Assembly: GCA_040768745.1 (NCBI GenBank)
Contig: JAXGMI010000001.1
Span: 736,001 to 800,000 of the forward strand
Direction of reading: 5' to 3'
DNA length: 64,000 nucleotides
Origin: Desulfomicrobium sp.
GTDB lineage: Bacteria > Desulfobacterota > Desulfovibrionia > Desulfovibrionales > Desulfomicrobiaceae
Shown: in pieces, positions 38,320 through 47,098 of the stretch
Position numbering within the stretch: position 1 is the first letter of the stretch
Layout of the letters: each line of letters starts with the position of its first letter
The notes under the pieces: generated by a model
Seen by the model: only the letters and a program-made list of their open reading frames with translations
Databases searched by the model: none
Told to the model about the DNA's origin: nothing
Translations under genes and position numbers: made by a program

Positions 38320-39887
38320 TCCTGGATCAGTACGGCAAGCCGGTTCGCAAGAACATGCTGGACAAGGAACTCGCGGCCCCTGGTTTGACCGGGGTCCGTT
38401 CGCTTTGGAATTTCGGCCAGGTCGCCACCGGCCTGACACCGGCCGGCATGGCCAGCGTCCTGCGCGACGCGGCCGAAGGCGGCGACCATGACACCTATCT
38501 GACCCTGGCCGAGGAGATGGAGGAGCGCGACGCGCATTATTCGTCCGTGCTCGGGACCAGGAAGCGGGCTGTCTCCGGGCTGCCGGTGGTGATCGAGGCC
38601 GCCACGGACGACGCCAAGGACGTGCAGCTGGCTGACGAGATCCGCGCCCTGCTCGCCCGCAGCGGAACCAGGGCCATGATGGAGGACTGCCTGGACGGCC
38701 TGGGCAAGGGCTACGCCGTGGTCGAGATCATCTGGGACAGGTCATCCCTGCCCTGGGTGCCGGCGCGTTACGTGTTCCGGGACCCCAGGTTCTTCCAGTT
38801 CGACAGGCTCACCAGGTCGGAACTCATGCTGCGCGACGAGTCGGACATGATGAACGGCGTGGCGCTGGAGCCGTACAAGTTCATCCGTCACATCCCGAAG
38901 CTCAAGAGCGGCATCCCGATCCGGGGCGGCCTGGCGAGGGTGGTGGCCTGGTCGTGGATGTTCAAGCACTACGGTCTCAAGGACTGGATGGCCTTTGCCG
39001 AGGTCTTCGGCATGCCCCTGCGCCTGGGCAAATACAGGCCGGGCGAATCGCAGGCCAACATCGACATCCTGAAGATGGCCGTGGCCAACCTGGGCATCGA
39101 TGCCGCAGCCGTGATCCCTGAAGGCATGTCGATCGAGTTCGAGGAGCTGGCCAACACCGCCGGCGGCGCGGACCTGTTCGAGCGCCTGGCGCGGTTCATG
39201 GACAGCCAGATCAGCAAGGCGGTGCTCGGCCAGACCATGACCACGGACGACGGGTCCAGCCGGGCCCAGGCCGAGGTGCATGATCAGGTGCGCACGGACC
39301 TGCGCGACGCCGACGCCGGCCAGTTGGCCGAGACGCTGGAGCGCGACCTGGTCATCCCGTACATCGTGCTGAACCATGGACCGCAGAAGGCCTACCCGCG
39401 CGTGTGCCTGCGCGAGCCGGAGTCAGCCGACGTGACCGTGCTGTCGGAGGCGTTGGGCATCCTGGTGCCGCTGGGCCTGCGGGTTGAGGCGTCCGAGGTG
39501 CGGGACAAGCTGGGCTTCAGCGACCCGGCTCCGGACGCGGAGTGCCTGCAGCCGGCCCCCGTTGCCATGCCCGAGGCGCAGCCGCAACCAGCCCAGAAAG
39601 ACCAGGCCATGAACCGCGCCGAAGCCACACGCTTCACCGCGGACCAGCAGGCCCTGGAGGACCTGGTGGCCGGCGTCGTGCCCGAGGGGGCTGGGGCCAT
39701 GGCCGGTATCGGCCGGGAGATCGACGAGCTCATCCGACGGGCCACATCGTTCGAGGAGCTGCGGATCATGCTGGCGGACTATCTGGACCAGGCCGGTGAT
39801 GACGAGCTGCAGGACGGCGTGCACCGCTCCATGGTCGCCGCCGATCTGTGGGGCCAGACCCAAGCCGGGGGCGAGGATGGCGCCTAA
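38316..39887 (+). CDS. Mu gp29-like portal protein (DUF935)
   Basis: AEEMEERDAH, FAEVFGMPLRLGKY and ISKAVLGQTMT motifs. Confidence 0.92.
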   Translation: MILDQYGKPVRKNMLDKELAAPGLTGVRSLWNFGQVATGLTPAGMASVLRDAAEGGDHDTYLTLAEEMEERDAHYSSVLGTRKRAVSGLPVVIEAATDDAKDVQLADEIRALLARSGTRAMMEDCLDGLGKGYAVVEIIWDRSSLPWVPARYVFRDPRFFQFDRLTRSELMLRDESDMMNGVALEPYKFIRHIPKLKSGIPIRGGLARVVAWSWMFKHYGLKDWMAFAEVFGMPLRLGKYRPGESQANIDILKMAVANLGIDAAAVIPEGMSIEFEELANTAGGADLFERLARFMDSQISKAVLGQTMTTDDGSSRAQAEVHDQVRTDLRDADAGQLAETLERDLVIPYIVLNHGPQKAYPRVCLREPESADVTVLSEALGILVPLGLRVEASEVRDKLGFSDPAPDAECLQPAPVAMPEAQPQPAQKDQAMNRAEATRFTADQQALEDLVAGVVPEGAGAMAGIGREIDELIRRATSFEELRIMLADYLDQAGDDELQDGVHRSMVAADLWGQTQAGGEDGA

Positions 39888-41226
39888 GCCCACGGCCAGG
39901 AACGCCTACGCCGACATCGAGGCACCGCTGCGCCCGCTGCCAATGGCCGAGGCCATTGAGTTCTGGCGCGGCAAGGTCCAGCTTTCCCCCAGGGAATTCT
40001 ACCGGCTGGCCGAGGAATACAGGGTGCGTGCCTTCACGGTCTCGCGCTTGGCGCGGGCGGACATGCTCGGGGAGATCTTCGAGTCCATCGACCAGGCTTT
40101 GGCGGATGGCGTGAGCTTCGGGGCCTGGAAGAAGTCCCTCGCGCCCATCTGGGAGGAGAACGGGTGGACGGGCGTGCGCGCCTGGCGCGTGGACAACATC
40201 TTCCGCACGAACATCCAGACGGCCTACAACGTGGGGCGTTACAAGCAGATGCAGGCCGTGGCCAAGGTCAGGCCGTATTGGCAGTACAGCGCGGTCAACG
40301 ACTCGCGCACCAGACCGACGCACCGGGCCCTGCACGGGCGCGTCTACCGCCATGACAGCCCATTCTGGGACACCTTCTATCCGCCGAACGGGTTCCGCTG
40401 CCGGTGCAAGGTCAAGACCCTGTCAGAACGGCAGGTCAGAGAGCGTGGTTTAACGGTGCACGAGGGCAACGGCTTGGGCGAACTGATCGAACCTGTGGGG
40501 CCGAACGGACCCATGCCGGCCCGGCCGCTCATGCCGGACAGAGGGTTCGAGGGGAACCCGGGCAAGGAGGCCTGGGCGCCGGATCTGTCACGGTACCCGG
40601 ACATCCTGCGGGAGAAGCTGGAGAAGGCGAGGCCTGAGCCGCAGTTCATCAAGTTCCGGGCATCGTCGACGCAGGACGAGGCGCGGGCATTCGCCGCGCA
40701 GACCGGCGTGCACGCGGAATACGATCAGCTTTCGACAAACAAGCGCCTCGGCGTGGCCAACTACGTCAACGCCGGGCTGGCGGAAGCTCATGAGCTTGGC
40801 GTCTCCAGGCCGGCCTTCGTGCGCGTCATGCCCGAGGTCTTCGACAAGGTTCCCAACGCGCCGATGGCCTACATCGCCGACGAGGACACGCTGGCCATCA
40901 ACCCGGCGTACCCGTTCGCCGACCTTATCAGGTATACGCGGGCCCAGTACGAAGCCGGGGAATGGTCGACACCGGACCCACTGCATGCCGTTCGACACGA
41001 GATCGGGCACGCCATGGTTCGACACGCCGCGCCACTGCGCTACCCTCGGTTGCAGAGCGCCCGGAAACTCTCTACGTCTGCGACTGAGCTGGTGAAAAAA
41101 GAGGTCAGCGAATACGCGGCTACAAGCCCACTGGAACTAGTCTCGGAAGTCTATGCCGGGATGCGCTCCGGAAAGACGTACAGCGACAAGGTCATACGCC
41201 TGTACCGGGCCTACGGAGGACAATGA
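39877..41226 (+). CDS. MuF (gp30) minor head protein with C-terminal HExxH metallopeptidase-like extension
   Basis: IFRTNIQTAY, DSRTRPTH and YPPNGFRCRC MuF motifs; C-terminal RHEIGH...SEYA...E. Confidence 0.85.
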   Translation: MAPKPTARNAYADIEAPLRPLPMAEAIEFWRGKVQLSPREFYRLAEEYRVRAFTVSRLARADMLGEIFESIDQALADGVSFGAWKKSLAPIWEENGWTGVRAWRVDNIFRTNIQTAYNVGRYKQMQAVAKVRPYWQYSAVNDSRTRPTHRALHGRVYRHDSPFWDTFYPPNGFRCRCKVKTLSERQVRERGLTVHEGNGLGELIEPVGPNGPMPARPLMPDRGFEGNPGKEAWAPDLSRYPDILREKLEKARPEPQFIKFRASSTQDEARAFAAQTGVHAEYDQLSTNKRLGVANYVNAGLAEAHELGVSRPAFVRVMPEVFDKVPNAPMAYIADEDTLAINPAYPFADLIRYTRAQYEAGEWSTPDPLHAVRHEIGHAMVRHAAPLRYPRLQSARKLSTSATELVKKEVSEYAATSPLELVSEVYAGMRSGKTYSDKVIRLYRAYGGQ

Positions 41227-41450
41227 TGATACAGACGGCGCAGTGCCTGGGGTGTGCGCACTACAGGCGCGGCAGCAAGGTTCGCGGCGGGAGCTGCGAG
41301 GCGTATCCGCAAGGCATCCCGCATGAAATCTACAGCAACAAGGTCCGCCACGACGCCCCGTACCCAGGGGACAACGGCATCATGTTCGACCCTGCACCGG
41401 TGGATCCGGACGCGGAGTTTGTGTTCGACGAGACCATGCTCAAGGAGTGA
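41223..41450 (+). CDS. Small Cys-containing protein, candidate immunity/partner of the MuF extension
   Basis: Coupled to the muF stop; CLGC...CEAYPQGIP.EI......H..PYPGDNGI.F. Confidence 0.65.
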   Translation: MMIQTAQCLGCAHYRRGSKVRGGSCEAYPQGIPHEIYSNKVRHDAPYPGDNGIMFDPAPVDPDAEFVFDETMLKE

Positions 41451-41452
41451 CC

Positions 41453-41851
41453 ATGTGCAAGAACATCGACGACTTCAACCGAGGATGCGCCCTGATCATG
41501 GGGCGTCTCTACGCTTCGTTCCCCAAGCCGCTCGCCGTCAGGGTCGAAGAACTGGACAAGGGCCCGGAGGCCCCGGATCGGGAGGCGCTGGAAGTCTACG
41601 GCGCGACAGTGGAATTCCTGGCCGAAGAGGGCTACGTCAGGTTCGGAAGCAAGGCCGGGCCTGAAAACGCACGGCTATTTATGAACGTGCGCCTGACCAG
41701 CAAGGGCCTGGCCGCGTTGAACCGCAGCCCAGAAGCCCCGAGCGTTTCGAAAGGCACCATCGGTGACCGGGTCGTCGCGTGGAGCAAGGACACCATCGCC
41801 GGGGTGGCCAGCGATGCAATCAGGCACGCCGTGTCCGTGATCCTGGGATAA
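41453..41851 (+). CDS. Phage hypothetical protein (moron-like)
   Basis: AGGAG RBS; GRLYASFP...FLAEEGY...LTSKGL; followed by a terminator. Confidence 0.7.
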   Translation: MCKNIDDFNRGCALIMGRLYASFPKPLAVRVEELDKGPEAPDREALEVYGATVEFLAEEGYVRFGSKAGPENARLFMNVRLTSKGLAALNRSPEAPSVSKGTIGDRVVAWSKDTIAGVASDAIRHAVSVILG

Positions 41852-41870
41852 CCAAACACCCTTTCCTTCG

Positions 41871-41900
41871 AAGCCCCCTTGGTAAAACTTGGGGGCTTTT
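41871..41900 (+). terminator. Rho-independent terminator
   Basis: AAGCCCCC-loop-GGGGGCTTTT. Confidence 0.6.
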
Positions 41901-42120
41901 CCTTTCCTTGGCCCCTCGTTTTTGCCAGTAGCTCTAAAATCAATTCTCCCGCGTTGCGGACACTGCCCCCTGCCCTCGGGTCACATTTTGTTCTCGCGCA
42001 TTTTCTAACGGGGGTTTAACGGGGCAAAAACGGCACGTCCGCCCTTTGGACAGGTCGTCCATCCCGCCCTTCGCCTGTCTCTCTCGAAAATCCCCTCATA
42101 CACGAAAATCAGGTTCGTCT

Positions 42121-42169
42121 CGCCAGGAACCCGTGCCGTCCTGCGCTGCGTGTGCGTCTTGCCTATGGT
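42121..42169 (+). promoter_or_regulatory. Candidate activator-dependent late promoter 2 (head operon)
   Basis: CGCCAGGAA...CCG with TATGGT 38 bp after the GGAA. Confidence 0.55.
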
Positions 42170-42207
42170 TTCGCCACATAACCCGGCTGACCGGGAAGGA
42201 GGGGTGA

Positions 42208-42486
42208 ATGAAGAAACAGGAGCTGGTTTCGGCCTTGGCCGAAGCCTCCGGGGACAGCAAGGCCGCCTGTGAGCGGATGCTGGATGCGCTGGCCTCGGTT
42301 TGTCGCGACGCCCTGTACAGGGGGCGCAGTCTCAATCTGCCGGGGCTTGGCAAGCTGAAGCTGAAGCAGCTGGCGGCCAGGTCCATCAGGACCCCGCAGG
42401 GCGTGGACATGGACGTACCGGCCAGGACGGCGGTCAAATTTCGCCCGGCGCAGGCCATCAAGGACATGCTGGAGGGCGAAGAATGA
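42208..42486 (+). CDS. Phage-encoded HU/IHF family DNA-binding protein
   Basis: MKKQELV..LAE, LPGLGKL and VPARTAVKFRP motifs. Confidence 0.85.
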   Translation: MKKQELVSALAEASGDSKAACERMLDALASVCRDALYRGRSLNLPGLGKLKLKQLAARSIRTPQGVDMDVPARTAVKFRPAQAIKDMLEGEE

Positions 42487-43508
42487 AGCGCCTGGCCGTG
42501 TCGGCTTCCGGCCTGGTCCGCGCGCTCAACTCCATGGGCGTGAACGCCGCCGCGCTGAGCCCGGTCTTGGCCATCAACGCCCAAGCTTTGGCGAACTCGG
42601 CTCAGGCCCCGGAGTGGATCTGCCTGATCCCCGCCGGGAAGGTCGTCGGCCGCGACGGCAGGGAGTGGGTCAACGACCGCCCCCAGCTGGTCCTGGAAGC
42701 CTTCAACGCCCAGGGCATGGATCTGCCTCTCGACCTGGAGCACTCCACCGAGCTGCAGGCCCCGCAGGGTCAACCGGCCCCGGCCGTCGGCTGGATCAAG
42801 GAGCTGCAGTCCAGGGTCGGGGAGATCTGGGGCCGTGTGGATTGGACCGAAGCGGGCCGCAACGCCGTGGAGTCCAGGTCCTACCGGTACGTCAGCCCGG
42901 TTATCGTTTTCGAACGGGCGTCCAAGCGGGTGGTGGCGCTCACGTCGGTGGGCCTGACCAACCGTCCGAATCTCTTTTTACAGGCCCTGAACGGGCAGGA
43001 GAAAAACATGGAGCTGAAAAAGTTGCTGGCGGCCCTGGGGCTGCCCGAGACCGCCTCGTTCGACGAGGCCATGGCCCACCTGGGCAAATTGAAGGGCGAC
43101 CTGGTCACGGCCACCAACGCCGCCGCCAGCCCGTCCCTGGACAAGTTCGTGCCGCGCGCGGACTTCGACGCGGCCCTGGCCCGTGCCACCAACGCCGAGG
43201 CGTCCCTGGCCGACCAGGCCAAGCAGGCCAAGGACAAGGACATCAAGGCCGCCATCGAGAAGGCCCTGGCCGAAGGCAAGATCACGCCGGCCACCGTCGA
43301 CTACCACAAGGAGCAGTGCGCCCTGGAAGGCGGGCTGGAGCGCTTCGCCGAATACTGCAAGGCAGCCCCGGTGATCGCCGATCCGTCCACGATGGACAAG
43401 AAGCAGCCCGGCGAGGGCGCGGTCATCGACGATGTGCAGCGGGCGGTGAACGCGATGATGGGCATCGATGACGAGACCTTCAAGAAGTACAACCCCAAAT
43501 CCAAATAG
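42483..43508 (+). CDS. Mu I-like prohead protease/scaffold
   Basis: PEWICLIPAG, DLEHST, APAVGWI, YRYVSPV and GLTNRPNL motifs. Confidence 0.9.
   Translation: MKRLAVSASGLVRALNSMGVNAAALSPVLAINAQALANSAQAPEWICLIPAGKVVGRDGREWVNDRPQLVLEAFNAQGMDLPLDLEHSTELQAPQGQPAPAVGWIKELQSRVGEIWGRVDWTEAGRNAVESRSYRYVSPVIVFERASKRVVALTSVGLTNRPNLFLQALNGQEKNMELKKLLAALGLPETASFDEAMAHLGKLKGDLVTATNAAASPSLDKFVPRADFDAALARATNAEASLADQAKQAKDKDIKAAIEKALAEGKITPATVDYHKEQCALEGGLERFAEYCKAAPVIADPSTMDKKQPGEGAVIDDVQRAVNAMMGIDDETFKKYNPKSK
43008..43508 (+). CDS. Nested in-frame scaffold protein (Mu Z-like)
   Basis: Internal AGGAG RBS before in-frame ATG 43008 (MELKKLLAALGL), like the Mu I/Z arrangement. Confidence 0.65.
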   Translation: MELKKLLAALGLPETASFDEAMAHLGKLKGDLVTATNAAASPSLDKFVPRADFDAALARATNAEASLADQAKQAKDKDIKAAIEKALAEGKITPATVDYHKEQCALEGGLERFAEYCKAAPVIADPSTMDKKQPGEGAVIDDVQRAVNAMMGIDDETFKKYNPKSK

Positions 43509-43533
43509 CCCGACCGGCAAGGAAGAATGAATC

Positions 43534-44409
43534 ATGACAGCTTTAGCAGCGGACAAGCGGCTCGAATACACCGAGGGCGTCGAGCTCGCCTTCCCCATCG
43601 ATGATGGCGACGTCATCTACGGTGGCGCCTTCGTGTGCGTCAACGCGGCCGGGTATGCCGTCCCCGGATCGGATACGGCCGGCCTCATCTTCCAGGGCGT
43701 GTCTATCCACCACGTCGACAACTCCCTGGGCCAGGACGGAGACGAATACGTGGTCCTGCGTCGGCGCGGTCTGATCAAGGCCACCTTGGGCAGCACCATC
43801 ACCCAGGCGAATGTCGGCGACAGCGTGTTCCTGGTCGACGACCAGACCGTGGACCTGGTCGCGAACGTGACCCACGACATCTTCTGCGGCGTGATCGCAG
43901 GGTTCATTGGCGCGAATCAGGCCTGGATCGACATCGAGCCGGCCATTCGCCAGGCCGACGTGGCCACCCACATCGCCGACGCCAGCGCCGCGCACGCCGC
44001 ATCGGCCATTTCCGTCGCCGATGCCGGAGAGTTCACGGCCGAGACCACGGCCGAAGGCGCCCTGCAGGAACTCTACGGGAAGACGCCTCTGCCCGTGGCA
44101 GACCCCGGCAACGGACAGGCGCTGCCAGCGAACCGATCCGCCGCCGTGTCCCTGACCACCGGCGCGACCGGGCAGACCAGGACTTTGGCCGCACCGGCAG
44201 CCGCCGGACTGATCCTGACCCTGTGCCTGGGCGTCGACGGAGGCGGTGATTGTGTCGTGACCGTGGCGTCGGCCATCAACCAGGCCGGGAACAACACCAT
44301 CACCCTGGGCGACGCTGGAGACACCGTCGTGCTCACGTCGGTGGTGATCGGAGCGGCCAAGGCGTGGCGCCTGGTCGTCAATGACGGCTGCAGCCTGACC
44401 ACGGTCTAA
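43534..44409 (+). CDS. Head decoration/cement-like protein with C-terminal extension
   Basis: IYGGAFVCVNAAGYAVPG...G.S...VDN..G.DG pattern; sits between protease and capsid genes. Confidence 0.6.
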   Translation: MTALAADKRLEYTEGVELAFPIDDGDVIYGGAFVCVNAAGYAVPGSDTAGLIFQGVSIHHVDNSLGQDGDEYVVLRRRGLIKATLGSTITQANVGDSVFLVDDQTVDLVANVTHDIFCGVIAGFIGANQAWIDIEPAIRQADVATHIADASAAHAASAISVADAGEFTAETTAEGALQELYGKTPLPVADPGNGQALPANRSAAVSLTTGATGQTRTLAAPAAAGLILTLCLGVDGGGDCVVTVASAINQAGNNTITLGDAGDTVVLTSVVIGAAKAWRLVVNDGCSLTTV

Positions 44410-44436
44410 CCATCAAGCATGGAGAGGAACCATACA

Positions 44437-45498
44437 ATGAGCAAAATGATCAAGACCCTGTGCGTCTGGGCGGTGCTTGTCGCCGGCGTGCTGTTCGCGG
44501 TGCCCGTGTCCGGCATGGCTGCCGACTTTCGGACCATGGATCTGGCAGGATTTGGCATCGGTGTGGCCGGCCTGCTGGTGAACAAGGCGACCCTGGACGC
44601 GCTGTTCACCAGCCTGAAGACGACGTTCAACAACGCCTTCGCCGGAGCTCCCAGTCAGTGGGAGCTGACGGCCATGAAGGTCCCGAGCGGGTCCGGCCGG
44701 AACGACTACGGATGGCTTTCCGCCTTCCCCCGCATGAAAAAGTGGATTGGCGACAAGGCCGTCAAGGCGCTGGAGGCGTTCAAGTACTCCATCGTCAACG
44801 ATGACTTCGAGGCCACCGTCGAGGTGGATCGCAACGACATCGAGGACGACAACCTCGGGATCTACGCCCCGCAGGCGCAGATGGCCGGCTTCAGCGCGAA
44901 GCAGCTGCCGGACGAGATCGTGGCCGACCTGAAGAACAACGCCTTCGCTAGCAAATGCTACGACGACCAGAACTTCTACGACACGGACCATCCGGTGACC
45001 AACCCCGCCACCGGTGTGGCCGCCTCGGTCAGCAACAAGTCGACCGTGGCCCTGTCCGGCGCGACCCAGGCCACCGCAGTCGCCAGCTACGGTGCGGCGC
45101 GCACCGCCATCATGAGCTTCAAGGACGACGAGGGCCGGCCGTTGGGTCTGATCCCAGATGTCCTGGAAGTTCCGCCCGCCCTTGAGACCGAGGGCCGCCG
45201 CCTGCTGGAGATGGACAAGCTGGCCGACGACACCCCGAACCCCTTCAAGGGCACGGCCAAGCTGGTGATCAACCCGCGCCTGACTTCGACCACCGCCTGG
45301 TTCCTGCACGTGACCAGCATGCCGGTGAAGCCCTTCGTCTACCAGGAGCGCAAGGCCCCGGTGTTCGTCGAGCAGACCGACGCCCAGGCGGACAACGTGT
45401 TCATGCGCAAGAAGTTCCGCTTCGGCGCCGAAGCCCGCTGCGCCGGCGGTTATGCCTTCTGGCAGATGTCCTACGGCAGCACCGGCACCGGCGAGTAA
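44437..45498 (+). CDS. Mu gpT-like major capsid protein with a 45-aa N-terminal leader
   Basis: YGWL..FP.MKKWIGD, FEATVEVDRNDIEDD, CYD.QNFYDTDHP and KPFVYQER motifs. Confidence 0.92.
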   Translation: MSKMIKTLCVWAVLVAGVLFAVPVSGMAADFRTMDLAGFGIGVAGLLVNKATLDALFTSLKTTFNNAFAGAPSQWELTAMKVPSGSGRNDYGWLSAFPRMKKWIGDKAVKALEAFKYSIVNDDFEATVEVDRNDIEDDNLGIYAPQAQMAGFSAKQLPDEIVADLKNNAFASKCYDDQNFYDTDHPVTNPATGVAASVSNKSTVALSGATQATAVASYGAARTAIMSFKDDEGRPLGLIPDVLEVPPALETEGRRLLEMDKLADDTPNPFKGTAKLVINPRLTSTTAWFLHVTSMPVKPFVYQERKAPVFVEQTDAQADNVFMRKKFRFGAEARCAGGYAFWQMSYGSTGTGE

Positions 45499-45550
45499 CG
45501 GCAAATCCAGGGGCCGGGAGCGATCCCGGCCCACTGAACACGGAGCGCAC

Positions 45551-45769
45551 ATGATCATCATCACTGCAAAAAAAGACGGCTTCCGCCGCTGCGGGGTCGC
45601 TCACAGCGCACGTCCTGTCGAACACAAGGACGATGCCTTCACTCCGGAGCAACTGGCCGAACTGCAGGCCGAGCCCATGCTCGTCGTGGAGCTCGTCACC
45701 GAAAAGGCCAATGGGCCTGCCCCAAAGCCGGTTCAGAAGCCGGCCACAAAAAAGGGCGGGAAGGAATAG
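45551..45769 (+). CDS. Mu gp35/HI1506-like small protein
   Basis: ITAKKDGFRRCGVAH...L.AEPMLVV. Confidence 0.8.
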   Translation: MIIITAKKDGFRRCGVAHSARPVEHKDDAFTPEQLAELQAEPMLVVELVTEKANGPAPKPVQKPATKKGGKE

Positions 45770-45772
45770 CCC

Positions 45773-46204
45773 ATGTACAGCACCGTCGACCAGATCCTGA
45801 AGCTGCTCCCCGAGTCCGAGGTTTTGCAGCTGGCCGATGACGACTCGGCCGATGACATCACCGACGAGGCAGTGGTCGCCGTGCTGGAGGAAGCCATCGA
45901 GCAGGCTGACCGGGAGATCGACGCCTACGTGGGCACGGTCAAGCGGGTCCCGCTTTCGCCGGTCCCGGCCCTGATCGAGAACCTGTCCACCAAGCTGGCC
46001 GTCCATCACCTCTGGCTGCGCCGACCAGGTGTGGCCGAGCCTGAGATATGGCAGCGGGAGACGGCCAGGTGCATGCGCCTGCTGGAGGCCATCGCCACCG
46101 GCAAGATGGCCCTGGGCGCGGAAGATGGCGCGGCCTCGGACCCCAGCCAGGGGACGGCATCGTTCACGGCGAGTGAGCGGCTGATGTCGCGGAGGACGCT
46201 GTAA
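45773..46204 (+). CDS. Mu gp36-like head-tail connector (DUF1320)
   Basis: AIEQADREIDAYV and LEAIATGK.LG motifs. Confidence 0.85.
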   Translation: MYSTVDQILKLLPESEVLQLADDDSADDITDEAVVAVLEEAIEQADREIDAYVGTVKRVPLSPVPALIENLSTKLAVHHLWLRRPGVAEPEIWQRETARCMRLLEAIATGKMALGAEDGAASDPSQGTASFTASERLMSRRTL

Positions 46205-46641
46205 TGTCCGGCCTGTCCATCAAGATCGAGTCCGTCCAGATGGAGGCCGTGCTGAACGAGCTGGCCGCCAGGATGGGCGACCTGACGCCGGTCATGCAGA
46301 CGATTGGCGAGATCATCGTGGAGCAGACGGACACGGCCTTTGAAACGGGCGTTGCCCCGGACGGGAAGGCCTGGCCGGCATCCGGGCGGGCTTTGGCCAC
46401 CGGCGGCCAGACGCTGATCGACACGGCAGTGCTGCGCAATTCCATCACCGTCCAGGCAACCGAGAACCAGGTGGAGGTCGGGACGAACGTCCTTTACGCC
46501 GCAATCCACCAGCTTGGCGGAAAGGCAGGGCGCGGGAAGAAAGCGATCATCCCGGCACGGCCGTTCCTGCCCGATCAGGGCAGTCTCGACTGGCCCGAGG
46601 TGAAGGCCACGCTGCTGGACTTCCTGCAAGGAGGATCATGA
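46204..46641 (+). CDS. Phage virion morphogenesis protein (Mu G-like)
   Basis: PDGKAW, LIDTAVLRNSI, VGTNVLYAAIHQLGG and IPARPFL motifs. Confidence 0.88.
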   Translation: MSGLSIKIESVQMEAVLNELAARMGDLTPVMQTIGEIIVEQTDTAFETGVAPDGKAWPASGRALATGGQTLIDTAVLRNSITVQATENQVEVGTNVLYAAIHQLGGKAGRGKKAIIPARPFLPDQGSLDWPEVKATLLDFLQGGS

Positions 46642-47075
46642 TGACCAGGCTGGAACACGAGGACGCGATTGTCGACATCCTCAAAAAGGCAATGTCGGCC
46701 GGGGTGGTCGTTGAGCCGCTGCCCATGGGCTTGTCCGACCGCAAGGCCTTGGACGTGCGCGGGAGCGCTGTCTGGGTGGTCTATGCCGGCGGCAAGCCGA
46801 AACCGGGTCAGGACCCGAAGACCATGATGCACGCCGAGACGTGGGTGTGGTCCTGCCTGGTGCTGACCAAGGAGTACCGGTCGACAAAGGCCGGGGCCGT
46901 TACAGCCTTGGGGCTGCTGGAAGCCGTTAACGCGGCCCTGTCCGGGGCCAAGGTGGACGCGGCGCGCACGCTGACCAGGCTGGGGGATCAGCTCCTTCGC
47001 CTGCCGGAAGGGTGCGGGCTGATGGGCTACGAGGCCCAATTCGCAATCAACGTATTCGCCCCGCGCGGGGCATAG
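46638..47075 (+). CDS. Gp37-like tail terminator
   Basis: Size and position between the morphogenesis gene and the tail tube gene. Confidence 0.6.
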   Translation: MMTRLEHEDAIVDILKKAMSAGVVVEPLPMGLSDRKALDVRGSAVWVVYAGGKPKPGQDPKTMMHAETWVWSCLVLTKEYRSTKAGAVTALGLLEAVNAALSGAKVDAARTLTRLGDQLLRLPEGCGLMGYEAQFAINVFAPRGA

Positions 47076-47098
47076 GGCAACGGCCCGAGGAGAGATCT

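Noticed and set aside
45511..45532. Hairpin after the capsid gene (similar one at about 47900-47924 after the tail tube gene) as an ncRNA
   Set aside because: Short GC stems without a T tract after abundant structural genes fit ordinary mRNA-stabilising or attenuating hairpins.
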